Of a stretch of 64,000 nt of DNA, positions 39,362-49,221 are shown piece by piece (the first letter of the stretch is position 1; every line of letters starts with the position of its first letter). Origin of the DNA: an uncultured delta proteobacterium. GTDB taxonomy: Bacteria > Desulfobacterota > Binatia > UBA9968. The stretch covers positions 416,001-480,000 of the forward strand of contig CAVSHR010000009.1 in the NCBI GenBank assembly GCA_963727625.1, given 5' to 3'. The notes beneath the pieces are model-generated. The model was not told where the DNA came from, ran no database searches, and saw nothing but the letters and a program-made list of their open reading frames with translations. Position numbers and translations under genes: made by a program.

Positions 39362-39495
39362 TTTGCCTCTTTATCATCCAGCAAACCCGCAATAAATAGG
39401 ATGAGCGCAAGAGAATTGGGGTCACGTCTTTAATCTTGATATTCGTACATGGTACGATCGCAATCTTTGCTTTTGCCATTCCAAGGTCGCAATCT

Positions 39496-40419
39496 TTACG
39501 ACTCCTCGAAGTAATCGGAGTCAAGACGCTTGACCTCGTACGCTGTCGCCCTTGTCACCCCGACGCCGTGATCGATCATCAAATTACAAAGTCGCGTCCC
39601 ATTGATAAGCACGATACGGCTGTCGATCATCGCCGCGTAGTCGTTTGCGTCTTTCGTGAAATCCGACGTGGTTATGAAGATTCCTTTCTTTGCACGCTGG
39701 CCTTGAAGCGCGCCGGCGAACTTTTGAATCTCTGGGCGGCCGACGGTTCCTTCCCAGCGTTTCGCCTGGACATAGATAACATCGAGCCCAAGTCGATCTT
39801 CATTGATGACACCATCTATTCCGCCATCCCCGGCCCTGCCGACCGTGCGGCCCGCGTCTTGGCGCGATCCGCCGTAACCCATCGCCAGCAGCAACTCGAC
39901 GACCAGCTTTTCAAAGAATGCCGGTGAACCGTCCTTTACTTTTGCCAGCAAGTCGGTTGCAAGTTGGTCTATAATCCTTTGGTAGCCGTATTCCAGGTGA
40001 TCCTCGGGCGTCCATTTGTCGGTCTCTGGAATGCTTTGCGGTACCCCTTCCGATTTCGGCTCACCGATTTCGTTCTTCGGTTCGCGGAATTCGACGTATT
40101 CCGGAAATTGATTGAGGACGCGTAGGTCGACGCGTGTTGGATTTGCTTTCACAACTTCCAATCCACGCGGCCGAATTCTGTAATACCCGCGTTTCGGCGA
40201 TTCAATTAGGCCAGCCGCCTTTAGATGGCTCTTGGCCCAGGCAATCCGGTTGGTAAATACTGCTTGCAGTCCGCTTGGTAATCGTTGGGCAAGCTAATCG
40301 TCCGTGAGCAGAAAATGCTCTGCGAGAGACTTCAGCGTCTCCTGATTCGAGTGCTCATTGCCGTCACTCAGATGCTTGAGCAACGGAAGCATGATCGTTT
40401 GAAAATCGGGGATCGGCAC
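39496..40419 (-). pseudogene. mrr: Mrr type IV restriction endonuclease with an in-frame TAG at codon 42
   Basis: GTG start with GGAGG RBS gives MPIPDFQTIMLPLL...LTDD*LAQRLPSG...NRIAWAKSHL; catalytic DGGIDG...YVQAKRW intact; TAG at 40294-40296. Confidence 0.88.
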
Positions 40420-40573
40420 AAACCTCCCGGTAGCCGACAAAACACTTGATGGTCGCGTATTCTACTCGCAAAAATAGATCGGTCAAACGGCCCTTTCGAA
40501 AGTCTCAGTAACTTGAATCCGGTCCCGTGGGCGTTAAGGTGCAGGTACTATCTTTACTTGAACGGAGCGGATT

Positions 40574-41128
40574 ATGGCCAAATGGTTTTTCGAACCGGGG
40601 CATACGGCGGCGGAGTTTAGTGTGCGTCACATGATGGTGACTTTTGTCCGCGGCCATTTCAAAGATATTCACGGCACCCTTATCTTCGATCCCGCGGACC
40701 CGGGCGCGACTTCCGTCGAGGCCACGATCGAAGCGTCTGGAATCTGGACGGGTGAAGCAGCGCGCGACGCCCACCTCAAGAGCGAGGATTTTCTGGACGT
40801 GGAGAAACATCCGAAGATCACTTTCGCAGGGAAGCAGGTCGAACTGGCCGGCGCGAACGAAGCGGTTCTCACGGGCGCGCTGACAATTCGAGGTATAACG
40901 CGCACGGTGCCGCTGCGCGTCCATTATCTAGGACAGTGGCAGACTCCATGGTGGGAAGAGGGTGTCGACAAGGGACCGAAAGCCAGGGCCGGCTTTGCCG
41001 CCACCGCCACGATCAATCGCCACGACTTCGGCGTGAGCTGGAACAGCACCCTGGACAGGGGCGGCGTCGTTGTCGGCAACATGGTTGAGATCACGATCGA
41101 CGCCGAAGCGATCCTCCAAGAAGGATGA
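40574..41128 (+). CDS. YceI family protein
   Basis: FSVRHMM, RDAHLKSEDFLD, GALTIRG, RHDFG. Confidence 0.93.
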   Translation: MAKWFFEPGHTAAEFSVRHMMVTFVRGHFKDIHGTLIFDPADPGATSVEATIEASGIWTGEAARDAHLKSEDFLDVEKHPKITFAGKQVELAGANEAVLTGALTIRGITRTVPLRVHYLGQWQTPWWEEGVDKGPKARAGFAATATINRHDFGVSWNSTLDRGGVVVGNMVEITIDAEAILQEG

Positions 41129-41320
41129 TCGCGCACAGCTTCTTCGAAAGTTCCAGTAGCCAGCGGCGCGTTTCTGACTCACTCAGACGACAGCGAAGCT
41201 CTGAGAATCACGCATGAGTTATTGATTTATTTTTTGTCCGATAGCCGCTGAACCTCGCCGTCAAGGCCGTTGCGATCGGTTAAATTGAATACCGGGATAC
41301 AAAGAGATATTGAGGCAAGC

Positions 41321-42115
41321 ATGGCGGCCGAAGTGAGAATGGGCGAGCTTACCGCGGATTTCGGAAAGACCGCCGCGGACTACGGAAAACATCGGGCGGG
41401 TTTTCCGCCGGAGTTGTTCGATCGTCTCGCGGCGATGGGCATCGTCCGAGCCGGCATGCGCACGCTTGATCTGGGAACGGGAACCGGGACGATCGCGCGG
41501 AGTCTCGCGCAGCGCGGCTGTGAATCGACCGGTCTGGATCGGTCGGCGCCGTTGATGGAGGAAGCGCGCCGCATCGATCGCGCAGCTGGCGTCACGGTTC
41601 GCTACGTCGAAGCGGCGGCCGAAGACACGGGTTTTCCCGAAGCGAGCTTCGACCTGGTCATCGCCGGAGAGTGCTGGCATTGGTTCGACGGGCCGCGCGC
41701 GGCGAGCGAAGCGCGGCGGGTCGTGAAACCCGGCGGCAGTCTCGTGATCGCGCATTTCGATTGGATTCCGCTCCCTGCCAACGTCTCTGAGCTGACGGAA
41801 AATCTGATTAAGAGACATAATCCGAAATGGAACCTCGGCGGCAGTATGGGGATTCATCCACGCTGCCTCGCCGATATGTCGTTGGCGGGATTTCGCCGCC
41901 TGGAGACCTTCTCTTTCGACCTCGACATCCCCTACTCGCACGAGGCCTGGCGCGGGCGCTTTCGCGCCAGCGCCGCCGTCGGCGCGAGTCTTTTGCCCGA
42001 AGGCGTGGCGGCGTTCGACCGCGACCTGCAGGCGCAGCTCGCCGAGAAGTTTCCCCAAGAGCCGCTCGCCGTGCTTCATCGCGTCTTCGCCGCGGTCGGC
42101 AAAGCCCCGGAATAA
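41321..42115 (+). CDS. Class I SAM-dependent methyltransferase
   Basis: DFGKTAADY, LDLGTGTG, CWHWFD, VKPGG; start uncertain. Confidence 0.88.
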   Translation: MAAEVRMGELTADFGKTAADYGKHRAGFPPELFDRLAAMGIVRAGMRTLDLGTGTGTIARSLAQRGCESTGLDRSAPLMEEARRIDRAAGVTVRYVEAAAEDTGFPEASFDLVIAGECWHWFDGPRAASEARRVVKPGGSLVIAHFDWIPLPANVSELTENLIKRHNPKWNLGGSMGIHPRCLADMSLAGFRRLETFSFDLDIPYSHEAWRGRFRASAAVGASLLPEGVAAFDRDLQAQLAEKFPQEPLAVLHRVFAAVGKAPE

Positions 42116-42251
42116 ATCCACAGCTCACCGCGCTTCGGGGTGAGGCCTTCAATCATTGGCAAGCTCCGCGGAACGACCGGTTTGCGCCTTTCATCGATGC
42201 ATGGCGCCGAAAGAACAGGAAGCGCTTAGCGGCTCGGCCGCGATCTTTGGC

Positions 42252-42935
42252 TCAGCAACATCCGGGACCCGCCGAGCGTGCGTGCCGATCTTTGGTTTCC
42301 TCGAGGTAACGTTGCGCCCATCCCCGCCAGCTCTCCGAGATGCGAGGAACGGCGAGCAATCGCTCAACTTCTTCTCGGTCTCGAGTATAGATGCGAAATA
42401 TGTCTCGCACCGTCATATCGTGCGCCGGTCTTTCGATGATCCTGATCCCATCTCCGGCACCGACCGCGCCCTCGACGATGATGCGCAGGTAGGTCCCGGG
42501 TCGCAGCGCTTCGGTAAATCGGCGCACAAACCCCTGATCGTTCATCCGAACTCCCAGCCTCCAGCAAGGGATCCGCGGTTCGGATACTTCAAATACGGCG
42601 GTGCCGATTTCCCAACGCTCGCCGACGAGCGCGTCGTTCACCGCGACTCCTTCCGTCGTGAGATTTTCCCCAAACTCGCCGTATTGAAGCGATCGGCCGA
42701 GTTTTTCTTCCCACCACCGCATGTCTTCTATGGCATAGGCATACACCGATTTGTCCGGTCCTCCGTGCGCTTTACGATCGGCCTGGTCGTCCCCTTCGAG
42801 GTTGACGCCTCGGGCCGCGATCCGGCCGGCAACCGGCGATTTCCAAATCGCGCTTTTGGCCGGCCGACCGTTATAACCAAACTCGCGCGGCCGTCCAACG
42901 TTGACCGATAGAACTCTCGCGTTGGCAGCTTCCAT
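42252..42935 (-). CDS. MOSC domain protein (YiiM-like)
   Basis: GDDQAD..HGG, FGENL, PRIPCWRL, GTYLRII. Confidence 0.92.
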   Translation of the reverse strand: MEAANARVLSVNVGRPREFGYNGRPAKSAIWKSPVAGRIAARGVNLEGDDQADRKAHGGPDKSVYAYAIEDMRWWEEKLGRSLQYGEFGENLTTEGVAVNDALVGERWEIGTAVFEVSEPRIPCWRLGVRMNDQGFVRRFTEALRPGTYLRIIVEGAVGAGDGIRIIERPAHDMTVRDIFRIYTRDREEVERLLAVPRISESWRGWAQRYLEETKDRHARSAGPGCC

Positions 42936-43117
42936 GGGTTTCTCCTTCCTTTACAGTTTGTCGCCAATCTCCGCAAAAAAAAACCACCTCGCTTTTCGCT
43001 CTCGTCGATCCAAATCACTGCACTCATCGGGGACGCTCCATAGCAAAACAACTTGCCGTAGCGTCTCTTGAGGGTCAAGCCGTTTTAGGGAGACGATTCC
43101 GGTCGGCCGCTCGTGCT

Positions 43118-43855
43118 ATGGATACATTCATGTCTGTCGCGCATCTGATCCTGCTTGCGGGCGCCGCTTTTGCCGGCTCTATGTTGGCGGCGGTGGCGGG
43201 TTTTGGCGGCGCGGCGGTCTTGTTGCCGCTCCTCGTGGCCGCCTTCGGCGTGCGTGAGGCGATCCCGATTCTCACCGTGGCCCAGTTGTTGGGTAACTTG
43301 AGCCGCGCATGGTTTAACCGAAGCGAGCTGGATCTGCCCGTCGTCGGCTGGTTCGCTCTGACCGGCGTGCCCGCCGCGCTGGTCGGCGGGTTTCTCTTCG
43401 CTTCGGCGCCGCTGTCGTTTCTGACGCGTCTCCTGGGCATTTTTCTGATCGGTGTGGTGGTCTACCGCCACGCCGGCACAGGCAGCGCGACGCGATTCCC
43501 GCTCCGCGCCTTTGCCATCGTCGGCGCCGTGTTTAGTTTTCTCTCCGCCCTGTTGGGAAGTGTCGGGCCGATCATGATTCCGTTCTTCCTGGCGTATGGG
43601 CTTGTCAAAGGCGCGCTCATCGGCACCGAAGCGCTCGCAACCGTCGTCATGCACGTCACCAAACTGGTCGCCTACGGAAGCACCGCGATCCTCACGAGCC
43701 ATAGCGTCACGGTGGGGCTCGGGCTCGGAGTGATCATGATTTTTGGCTCTTTGATCGGAAAAAAGATTTTGGACCGGCTGCCCGAGCGAATATTTATCTT
43801 GCTTATCGAGGGGACGCTTCTAATCGCCGGATTGAGATTTCTGATCTACGGATAG
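43118..43855 (+). CDS. TauE/SafE sulfite exporter family protein
   Basis: AVAGFGGA motif and multiple TM helices. Confidence 0.88.
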   Translation: MDTFMSVAHLILLAGAAFAGSMLAAVAGFGGAAVLLPLLVAAFGVREAIPILTVAQLLGNLSRAWFNRSELDLPVVGWFALTGVPAALVGGFLFASAPLSFLTRLLGIFLIGVVVYRHAGTGSATRFPLRAFAIVGAVFSFLSALLGSVGPIMIPFFLAYGLVKGALIGTEALATVVMHVTKLVAYGSTAILTSHSVTVGLGLGVIMIFGSLIGKKILDRLPERIFILLIEGTLLIAGLRFLIYG

Positions 43856-43884
43856 CCGGCTGCCGACAAGCGAGCAGGAAGCGG

Positions 43885-44871
43885 TCAGCGATTCGATCTT
43901 TGGCGTGGAACTTTGAGCGCGTCCGGGTTGGCAACGTGGCTGGGTTCGCCGCGAAAATAATTCAAAATATTCTCGACCGACATCGCGGCGGCGCGTCGAA
44001 ACGTTTCCGTGGTCTGCCATGCCATGTGCGGCGTCAGCAGGGTCCGCGGCGCCTCGAGCATCGGGTCGGTCATCGACACCGGCAGGGGATGGCAGAGATC
44101 CATCGCGGCTCCGGCCAGGCGTCCGGCCTTGAGCGCGTCGGCGAGGTCCCGGCGATTTACGACACCCTCGCGCGAAATGTCGACCAAGAGAGCGCTCGGT
44201 TTCATTTGCAGCAGGCGCGCGCCGTTGACGAAATTGTCGGACAGCGCGCTGTACCGCAGGTGGACGGACAAAATGTCGGCACTCTGGAAGAGCTCCTGTT
44301 CGCCGACGAAGCGGGCCTGGGATGCGGCGGCGCGCTCGGCCGTAAGCGTAGGCCCCCACGCGATCAAGTTGACGTCGAAAGCCGCCATCCGTTTGGCCAC
44401 GGCGCTGCCGATCCGGCCCAAACCCAAGATTCCGAAGTTTTTTCCGGCGAGATCGAATCCGGTCGCCGGCTCCAAGCTCCGCCGGCGCAGCGCCTGATCC
44501 GCGCTCACGATATGACGCGCGAGGGCAAGCACCAGCGCGCAAACATAATCGGCCACCGCCGCGGTCGAGACCGCGGGCGTGTTCGCGACCACAATCCCCA
44601 GCTTGGTTGCGGCTTCCAGGTCGATGCGGTGAGGGCCGGTCGAAGCGATCATCTCCAGAGCGGGGAGTTCACTCAAAGTCGCTTGATCGAGGGCGACTCT
44701 GCCGCGAAATTCCAAAACCGCGCGGGCGCCGCGCAACCGGCGGACGAGGAGTTCCCGGGGCGGATCCAGCTCGTTGAATATTTCGATCGAGCCGAGGGCT
44801 TTTAACCTGCTCAGCTCGCCGCTTTTTTCGAGCTCGCCTTCGAGGTCGCCGCAGACGACGATATCGGCCAT
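43885..44871 (-). CDS. D-2-hydroxyacid dehydrogenase family protein
   Basis: GILGLGRIG, LVDISR, GAAMD and LLTPH; start set at MADIVV. Confidence 0.88.
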   Translation of the reverse strand: MADIVVCGDLEGELEKSGELSRLKALGSIEIFNELDPPRELLVRRLRGARAVLEFRGRVALDQATLSELPALEMIASTGPHRIDLEAATKLGIVVANTPAVSTAAVADYVCALVLALARHIVSADQALRRRSLEPATGFDLAGKNFGILGLGRIGSAVAKRMAAFDVNLIAWGPTLTAERAAASQARFVGEQELFQSADILSVHLRYSALSDNFVNGARLLQMKPSALLVDISREGVVNRRDLADALKAGRLAGAAMDLCHPLPVSMTDPMLEAPRTLLTPHMAWQTTETFRRAAAMSVENILNYFRGEPSHVANPDALKVPRQRSNR

Positions 44872-44949
44872 GGCATGTCTTATATTGATTCGTTCGAACC
44901 GTTCAAGAGAACGGATGACGCTTCGACTCGCGGCTGTTAAGATTGAACC

Positions 44950-45262
44950 ATGATCATGGCTCACGCTGACGTCGTCGGTAGCTTGCTTCGGCCGGCGGAG
45001 CTTCTTGAGGCCCAGAGGCGGCTCGCCGACGGAGCCATCACGGTTGAGCAGTTCAAGGAAATCGAAGACCGCGCCTTGGATGAGGCGGTCGCTTTGCAGG
45101 AAAGCGCGGGCTTGGAGATCGTTACCGAGGGCGAGATGCGCCGCCAGTCCTTTCAAAGCCAGATGACGGCCGCGGTGAGCGGCTTCGGTGAGTTTGGCCT
45201 CGACGCCTTTCTCTGGGGCGAGTGGCACGATGAAACCGGCGTCCAGAAGAAACGCCGGCCGG
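44950..45262 (+). pseudogene. N-terminal fragment of a cobalamin-independent methionine synthase II family protein
   Basis: ADVVGSLLRP, QESAGLEIVTEGEMRR; homology ends at the adjacent inverted-repeat element. Confidence 0.8.
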
Positions 45263-45268
45263 GGAGGG

Positions 45269-45380
45269 AAAGGGGGACATTCTACATTATTTAGATTATC
45301 GAGCTACGAATCGCGACTTATCTACCGCCATTTCCATCGCTCTGAGGCACCGAGATAATGGAAAATTAGAGTCCCCCTTT
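45269..45380. mobile_element. Non-autonomous 112-bp inverted-repeat element
   Basis: Perfect 10-bp inverted ends aaagggggac / gtcccccttt at the point where the upstream gene breaks. Confidence 0.6.
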
Positions 45381-45548
45381 GTTTCTCTTCAGACATTATC
45401 GCGTCAGCCAGTCGTAGAAACTTTGAGCCGCATCCCGCGCAGCGATGCTTCCGTTTGTGATCTGTCAATTAACTGCTACCCGGGGGTGTACCCTTCGGGG
45501 GGGTTTGAATAACCTGCATCTCGCTCACACAACCTCCCGACACCAGGC

Positions 45549-46280
45549 TCACTTTTTCTTCGGAATGGGCAATAACATCGATGTTTCTTTTTTATAACTC
45601 TCGTATTCCTTACCGTGAAAGCGGATGAGATCTCGTTCCTCCAATTGTATCGAGATTAAAATCCAAACCGTGGTCACGACCGCAAAGACCAAATGACCGG
45701 TCGTCATTCGTGGAGTTGCCCAGAACGCGATGATGAAGCCCAACATAAGCGGGTGACGAACCAGCCTGTACAAACCGGCGGTTTTGAACACAAGCGGCTT
45801 ATACGCTTCGCCGCGAAGATTAATAAAGACTTGGCGCAGGCCAAAAAGATCGAAATGATTAATCATAAACGTGGACAATAGCACGGTCACCCAACCGATC
45901 CAGAACAGCGCCCACATGACAATCTGACCCGCGCCATTTTCAATGTTCCAGACAACAGTGAGCATCGGTCGCCACTGCCAGTAGAGCAATATCAGCAATA
46001 AACTGGCAAACAGGACAAAAGTGCTGCGCTCGACGCTCTGCGGGACGATGTTTGTCCACCATTTTTTGAACCACGGTCGTGCCATGAGGTTATGTTGGAT
46101 GGCAAACAGACCGAGCAAAACCACGTTGATTACCAGCGCCGTCGTGAACGGAGTTTCCACGCCCGTATCGACGGATTTTGGAACCATCATATTGCCGACG
46201 AATCCGATGGCATACAAGAATGCAATCAAAAATATTAGATAACTGATTACACCATATATGAAAGCAACAATTCTTCCCAT
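45549..46280 (-). CDS. mddA: Methanethiol S-methyltransferase (ICMT-like membrane methyltransferase)
   Basis: FLYAIGFVGN..VPK, QH..MAR..FK.WWT, ERSTFVL, NHFDLFGLRQ, VRHPLMLGF, EERDL. Confidence 0.85.
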   Translation of the reverse strand: MGRIVAFIYGVISYLIFLIAFLYAIGFVGNMMVPKSVDTGVETPFTTALVINVVLLGLFAIQHNLMARPWFKKWWTNIVPQSVERSTFVLFASLLLILLYWQWRPMLTVVWNIENGAGQIVMWALFWIGWVTVLLSTFMINHFDLFGLRQVFINLRGEAYKPLVFKTAGLYRLVRHPLMLGFIIAFWATPRMTTGHLVFAVVTTVWILISIQLEERDLIRFHGKEYESYKKETSMLLPIPKKK

Positions 46281-46684
46281 AATAGCCTCCTCCCCGTCGA
46301 ACAAGTTTAATTCATTCTCTGGTCGATTCTTTTGGGCCCGGTAGCCTCCCCAGGCTTCAGAAAAAAGCGCTTATCAAATACCGAACGTAAGACAATAGGG
46401 AGGCACCAGCTCCTGCTGCGGTGGCCCGTTCCACTTGAGTGATTTATCGGGCCTACCTTCGCGTGGTTGTGGCACCTGGCCTGAGTATTAACTATTTTAA
46501 ATTGACGAGCCGGCTTCTATTGTTTTTGCTTATCCCGATGCAGCCGTGCCCGAATTCCTTGGTCGTGAGCCCATTCCCGCATCGGATAAACGAGCTGCGC
46601 TCTGCCCGCCATGGGAGTCTCCTCCCATCGACTTAGTGAGCTTTGGGATCTTTAACCGGGGCAGCTCAGCCATGAGTTTTGAGC

Positions 46685-48154
46685 CTACAGCCCCACCGCC
46701 GCCGCGTTTCTCCCTGCCAACCGCGAAAAGACCACATTGCGTGTCTGCCCGGTGCACGATGGATAATTGTGAAAAAACAGACCGACGATGTCGCCGGAGG
46801 CGAACAGGCCGCGGATCGGGTTGTTCGACGTGTTGAGCACCTGGGCCTGGGTGTTGATCTGCAAGCCGCCGAAGGTAAACGTGATCCCGCCGGTGACGGC
46901 GTAGGCCCAGAAGGGCGGCTGGTCGATGGTATCGGCCCAGTGGGATTTTTTCGGCGTGATCCCTTCGGTGCAGCGGCCGTCCAATTTGGTGGCGTCGAAC
47001 GGTATGTCCTTGCGCACCGCATTGTTGAAATTGTGAATCGTGTGATTCAGCACCGCGGGCTCGATGCTGATCTTATGCGCCAAGTCTTCAACGGTATCGG
47101 CTGCAATGGGATGGGAAAATTCGTAGTAACGTTTGTTGAGCAGCGCTTGGGCCTTCTGATCGTAGATCTGATAAGCCACCGCGCCGGGTTGGCCGAGCAC
47201 GGCCCAACCGGTTTTGGCGTAGGTGTAAGAATGACGCGCTTCGCCCTCGTCGAAGAAACGCTGGCCCAATGAATTGACCGTAATGCCGTAGGTGTAGCCA
47301 TAGCGATTCGCCTTGTTGCTAATCTCGACGTCGGGGAATGTCGCATCGATGGGCGTGGCGTGGGCGCCCTGCCAGTGGCCGGCAGTCTTGGCGCCCAAGT
47401 CGATCGCCATCATCAGCACTTCGCCGGTGTCATGCTTGCTGCCGCGCACCTTCATCAGATCGGCGTTCTGGCCGAGGTAACGCGCGCGCTTTTCGGCGCT
47501 GGCCTGAAAACCGCCGGCGCAGAGAATCAGCGAATTTGTGCGAATTTCATATTCTTCGTTGGGATCGGACACTCTCACGCCTTCGATCCGCCGATCGTTG
47601 CCGAGCAGCGCCGAGACCCGCGATTCGTAGCGCAGCTCGATACCCATCTTGGCCGCGATCTCGCGCCATTGCATCAGCTGTCCGATGCCCCCTTCGACGC
47701 CGCCGGCCGGGTGAACGACCATGCCGGGCTCGAAGTAATAGCGCCCATCGATGATCACGTGGCTGTCGATATCCCATTGGATGCCGACCTCGCGCATCCA
47801 GTGGATCGCCGCGGTGGATTGGCTGACGAGCACGTCGGCCAGCGTCTTATCGATTCGCCCGCGCGTGACCCGCTGCAAGTCGCCGTGAAACTGCTCCGCG
47901 GTGTAGGGCGGAATATGCAACTTGGCAAAGGTTGCCTCGTCGAGGTGCGGCAGGAACTGGCGGATCTCCTCGGCGCCGGAGAACACCCAGCGAAATCCGG
48001 TGTGGGAAAATCGCGCGTTGCCGCCGAACTCCGGCTCCGGCGCTTTTTCCAGCATGACGACTCTCGGCGCCCCCGCCTGCTTGGCCGCCACGGCGGCTTC
48101 GAAGGCGGCACTGCCGCCGCCAACCACAACTACAGGGATGTTTTCACTTCGCAT
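46685..48154 (-). CDS. TcuA-like FAD-dependent dehydrogenase (tricarballylate dehydrogenase family)
   Basis: VGGGSA, LEKAP...GGNARF, VRGSKHDTG, GITFTFGG. Confidence 0.8.
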   Translation of the reverse strand: MRSENIPVVVVGGGSAAFEAAVAAKQAGAPRVVMLEKAPEPEFGGNARFSHTGFRWVFSGAEEIRQFLPHLDEATFAKLHIPPYTAEQFHGDLQRVTRGRIDKTLADVLVSQSTAAIHWMREVGIQWDIDSHVIIDGRYYFEPGMVVHPAGGVEGGIGQLMQWREIAAKMGIELRYESRVSALLGNDRRIEGVRVSDPNEEYEIRTNSLILCAGGFQASAEKRARYLGQNADLMKVRGSKHDTGEVLMMAIDLGAKTAGHWQGAHATPIDATFPDVEISNKANRYGYTYGITVNSLGQRFFDEGEARHSYTYAKTGWAVLGQPGAVAYQIYDQKAQALLNKRYYEFSHPIAADTVEDLAHKISIEPAVLNHTIHNFNNAVRKDIPFDATKLDGRCTEGITPKKSHWADTIDQPPFWAYAVTGGITFTFGGLQINTQAQVLNTSNNPIRGLFASGDIVGLFFHNYPSCTGQTRNVVFSRLAGRNAAAVGL

Positions 48155-48211
48155 CGCTGACTCGCTTTCCGCCGTGCTTTATAGGAGAAATGAAAATGAT
48201 CGCGGCGCCGT

Positions 48212-48650
48212 TTATTTCTGCCAAATGCTGTGCACGAAACCCGATTGATCGAGCTTCCGGATGAACGAATGGTCGATCACCGAGTCGACCCGCACGTCCT
48301 TGACCTTGGGTTGATCGTGGCCGATAGACTATGCAACCGCCTCATGCTCGCGACGCCGGCGTAGGGCATGCTCGTAGGAACTCACCACCGAATGATAGGA
48401 CTCCGCGGTGTCGGCGGGATTGCTCAGACGCAGATTCCTCGCGATAATCTTAGTCACGCTTTCCTGATTTGCCGGATCGAGCAGCAGACCGACGCTTTCG
48501 ATCAAAGCTTTCAGATACGTTTCGATCACCTGCGATTTGGCGGCGGCCGTGCGCCGGCTGGTCGCCAACATGCTCTGCGGCAAGGTCATGGCGCTGTTGC
48601 CGCAGCCAGGCAGAGCGCCACCGCAAGCAGGGTGAGGAAAGCGCGGTGGC
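48212..48650 (-). pseudogene. C-terminal remnant of a NitT/TauT-type substrate-binding protein
   Basis: YLKALIE...IIARNLRL then, after frameshifts, KVKDVRVDSVIDHSFIRKLDQSGF*; no N-terminal half. Confidence 0.6.
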
Positions 48651-48685
48651 AACTGGATGGACTGCCACGGATCATAACGATTTGA

Positions 48686-49078
48686 CTAGCTCGGCTTTTT
48701 CTCGCCCACCGGCTCGACGGTCAAAAAGCCGTGTTCGGAGATGTCGAAGAAGTTGCCATCGATATCCGAAGTGCGGGTCTCCGCGTACGGCCGGCCGTTA
48801 GGACGTTGTTTCGGGAGCTTGTTAGGATTGTATTTCTTCAGGCGCTCGACGATCTTCTCGCCGTTCTCCACCTCGAAGCCGAAGTGATAGAGCCCGTTGG
48901 GTGCCTGCTGCTCGTGGTTGGGCAGGATCGCCAAGTTGAAATAACCGTCGGTCAGGTATACAGCACCGCCCTCGTTCTTGTCCTTGTGCAGGACTTGCAT
49001 CTCGAAGACGTCCATATAAAAGGTCGCGAGCTTTCCGGTATCCTCGGTGCGGATGGCAAGATGGCGAAGTTTGGGCAT
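48686..49078 (-). CDS. VOC (glyoxalase/bleomycin resistance) family protein
   Basis: LRHLAI, GLYHFGF, DIDGNFFDIS; GGAGG RBS. Confidence 0.85.
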   Translation of the reverse strand: MPKLRHLAIRTEDTGKLATFYMDVFEMQVLHKDKNEGGAVYLTDGYFNLAILPNHEQQAPNGLYHFGFEVENGEKIVERLKKYNPNKLPKQRPNGRPYAETRTSDIDGNFFDISEHGFLTVEPVGEKKPS

Positions 49079-49221
49079 ACAGACCTCCAATTGAAATTTT
49101 ACTCGCTCCACCCTTAGACCTCGAAGGCTCAATTTGTCAAGAAACGCCCGCAGGCAGCGCGGCGGGAAAAATCATGCGAGATGCAGAACAGGTGGGGCGA
49201 ACTGGAGATCGAGACGGCAAC

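Noticed and set aside
40294-40296. Pyrrolysine or recoded amber codon in mrr
   Set aside because: TAG terminates other genes here normally, no pyl genes are visible, and a GAG to TAG change explains it
44872-45228. Long N-terminal extension of the 447-aa dehydrogenase ORF
   Set aside because: It is the antisense reading of the MetE-like fragment; homology starts at MADIVV
46281-46680. SAM riboswitch upstream of mddA
   Set aside because: No SAM-I or SAM-II consensus elements could be recognised
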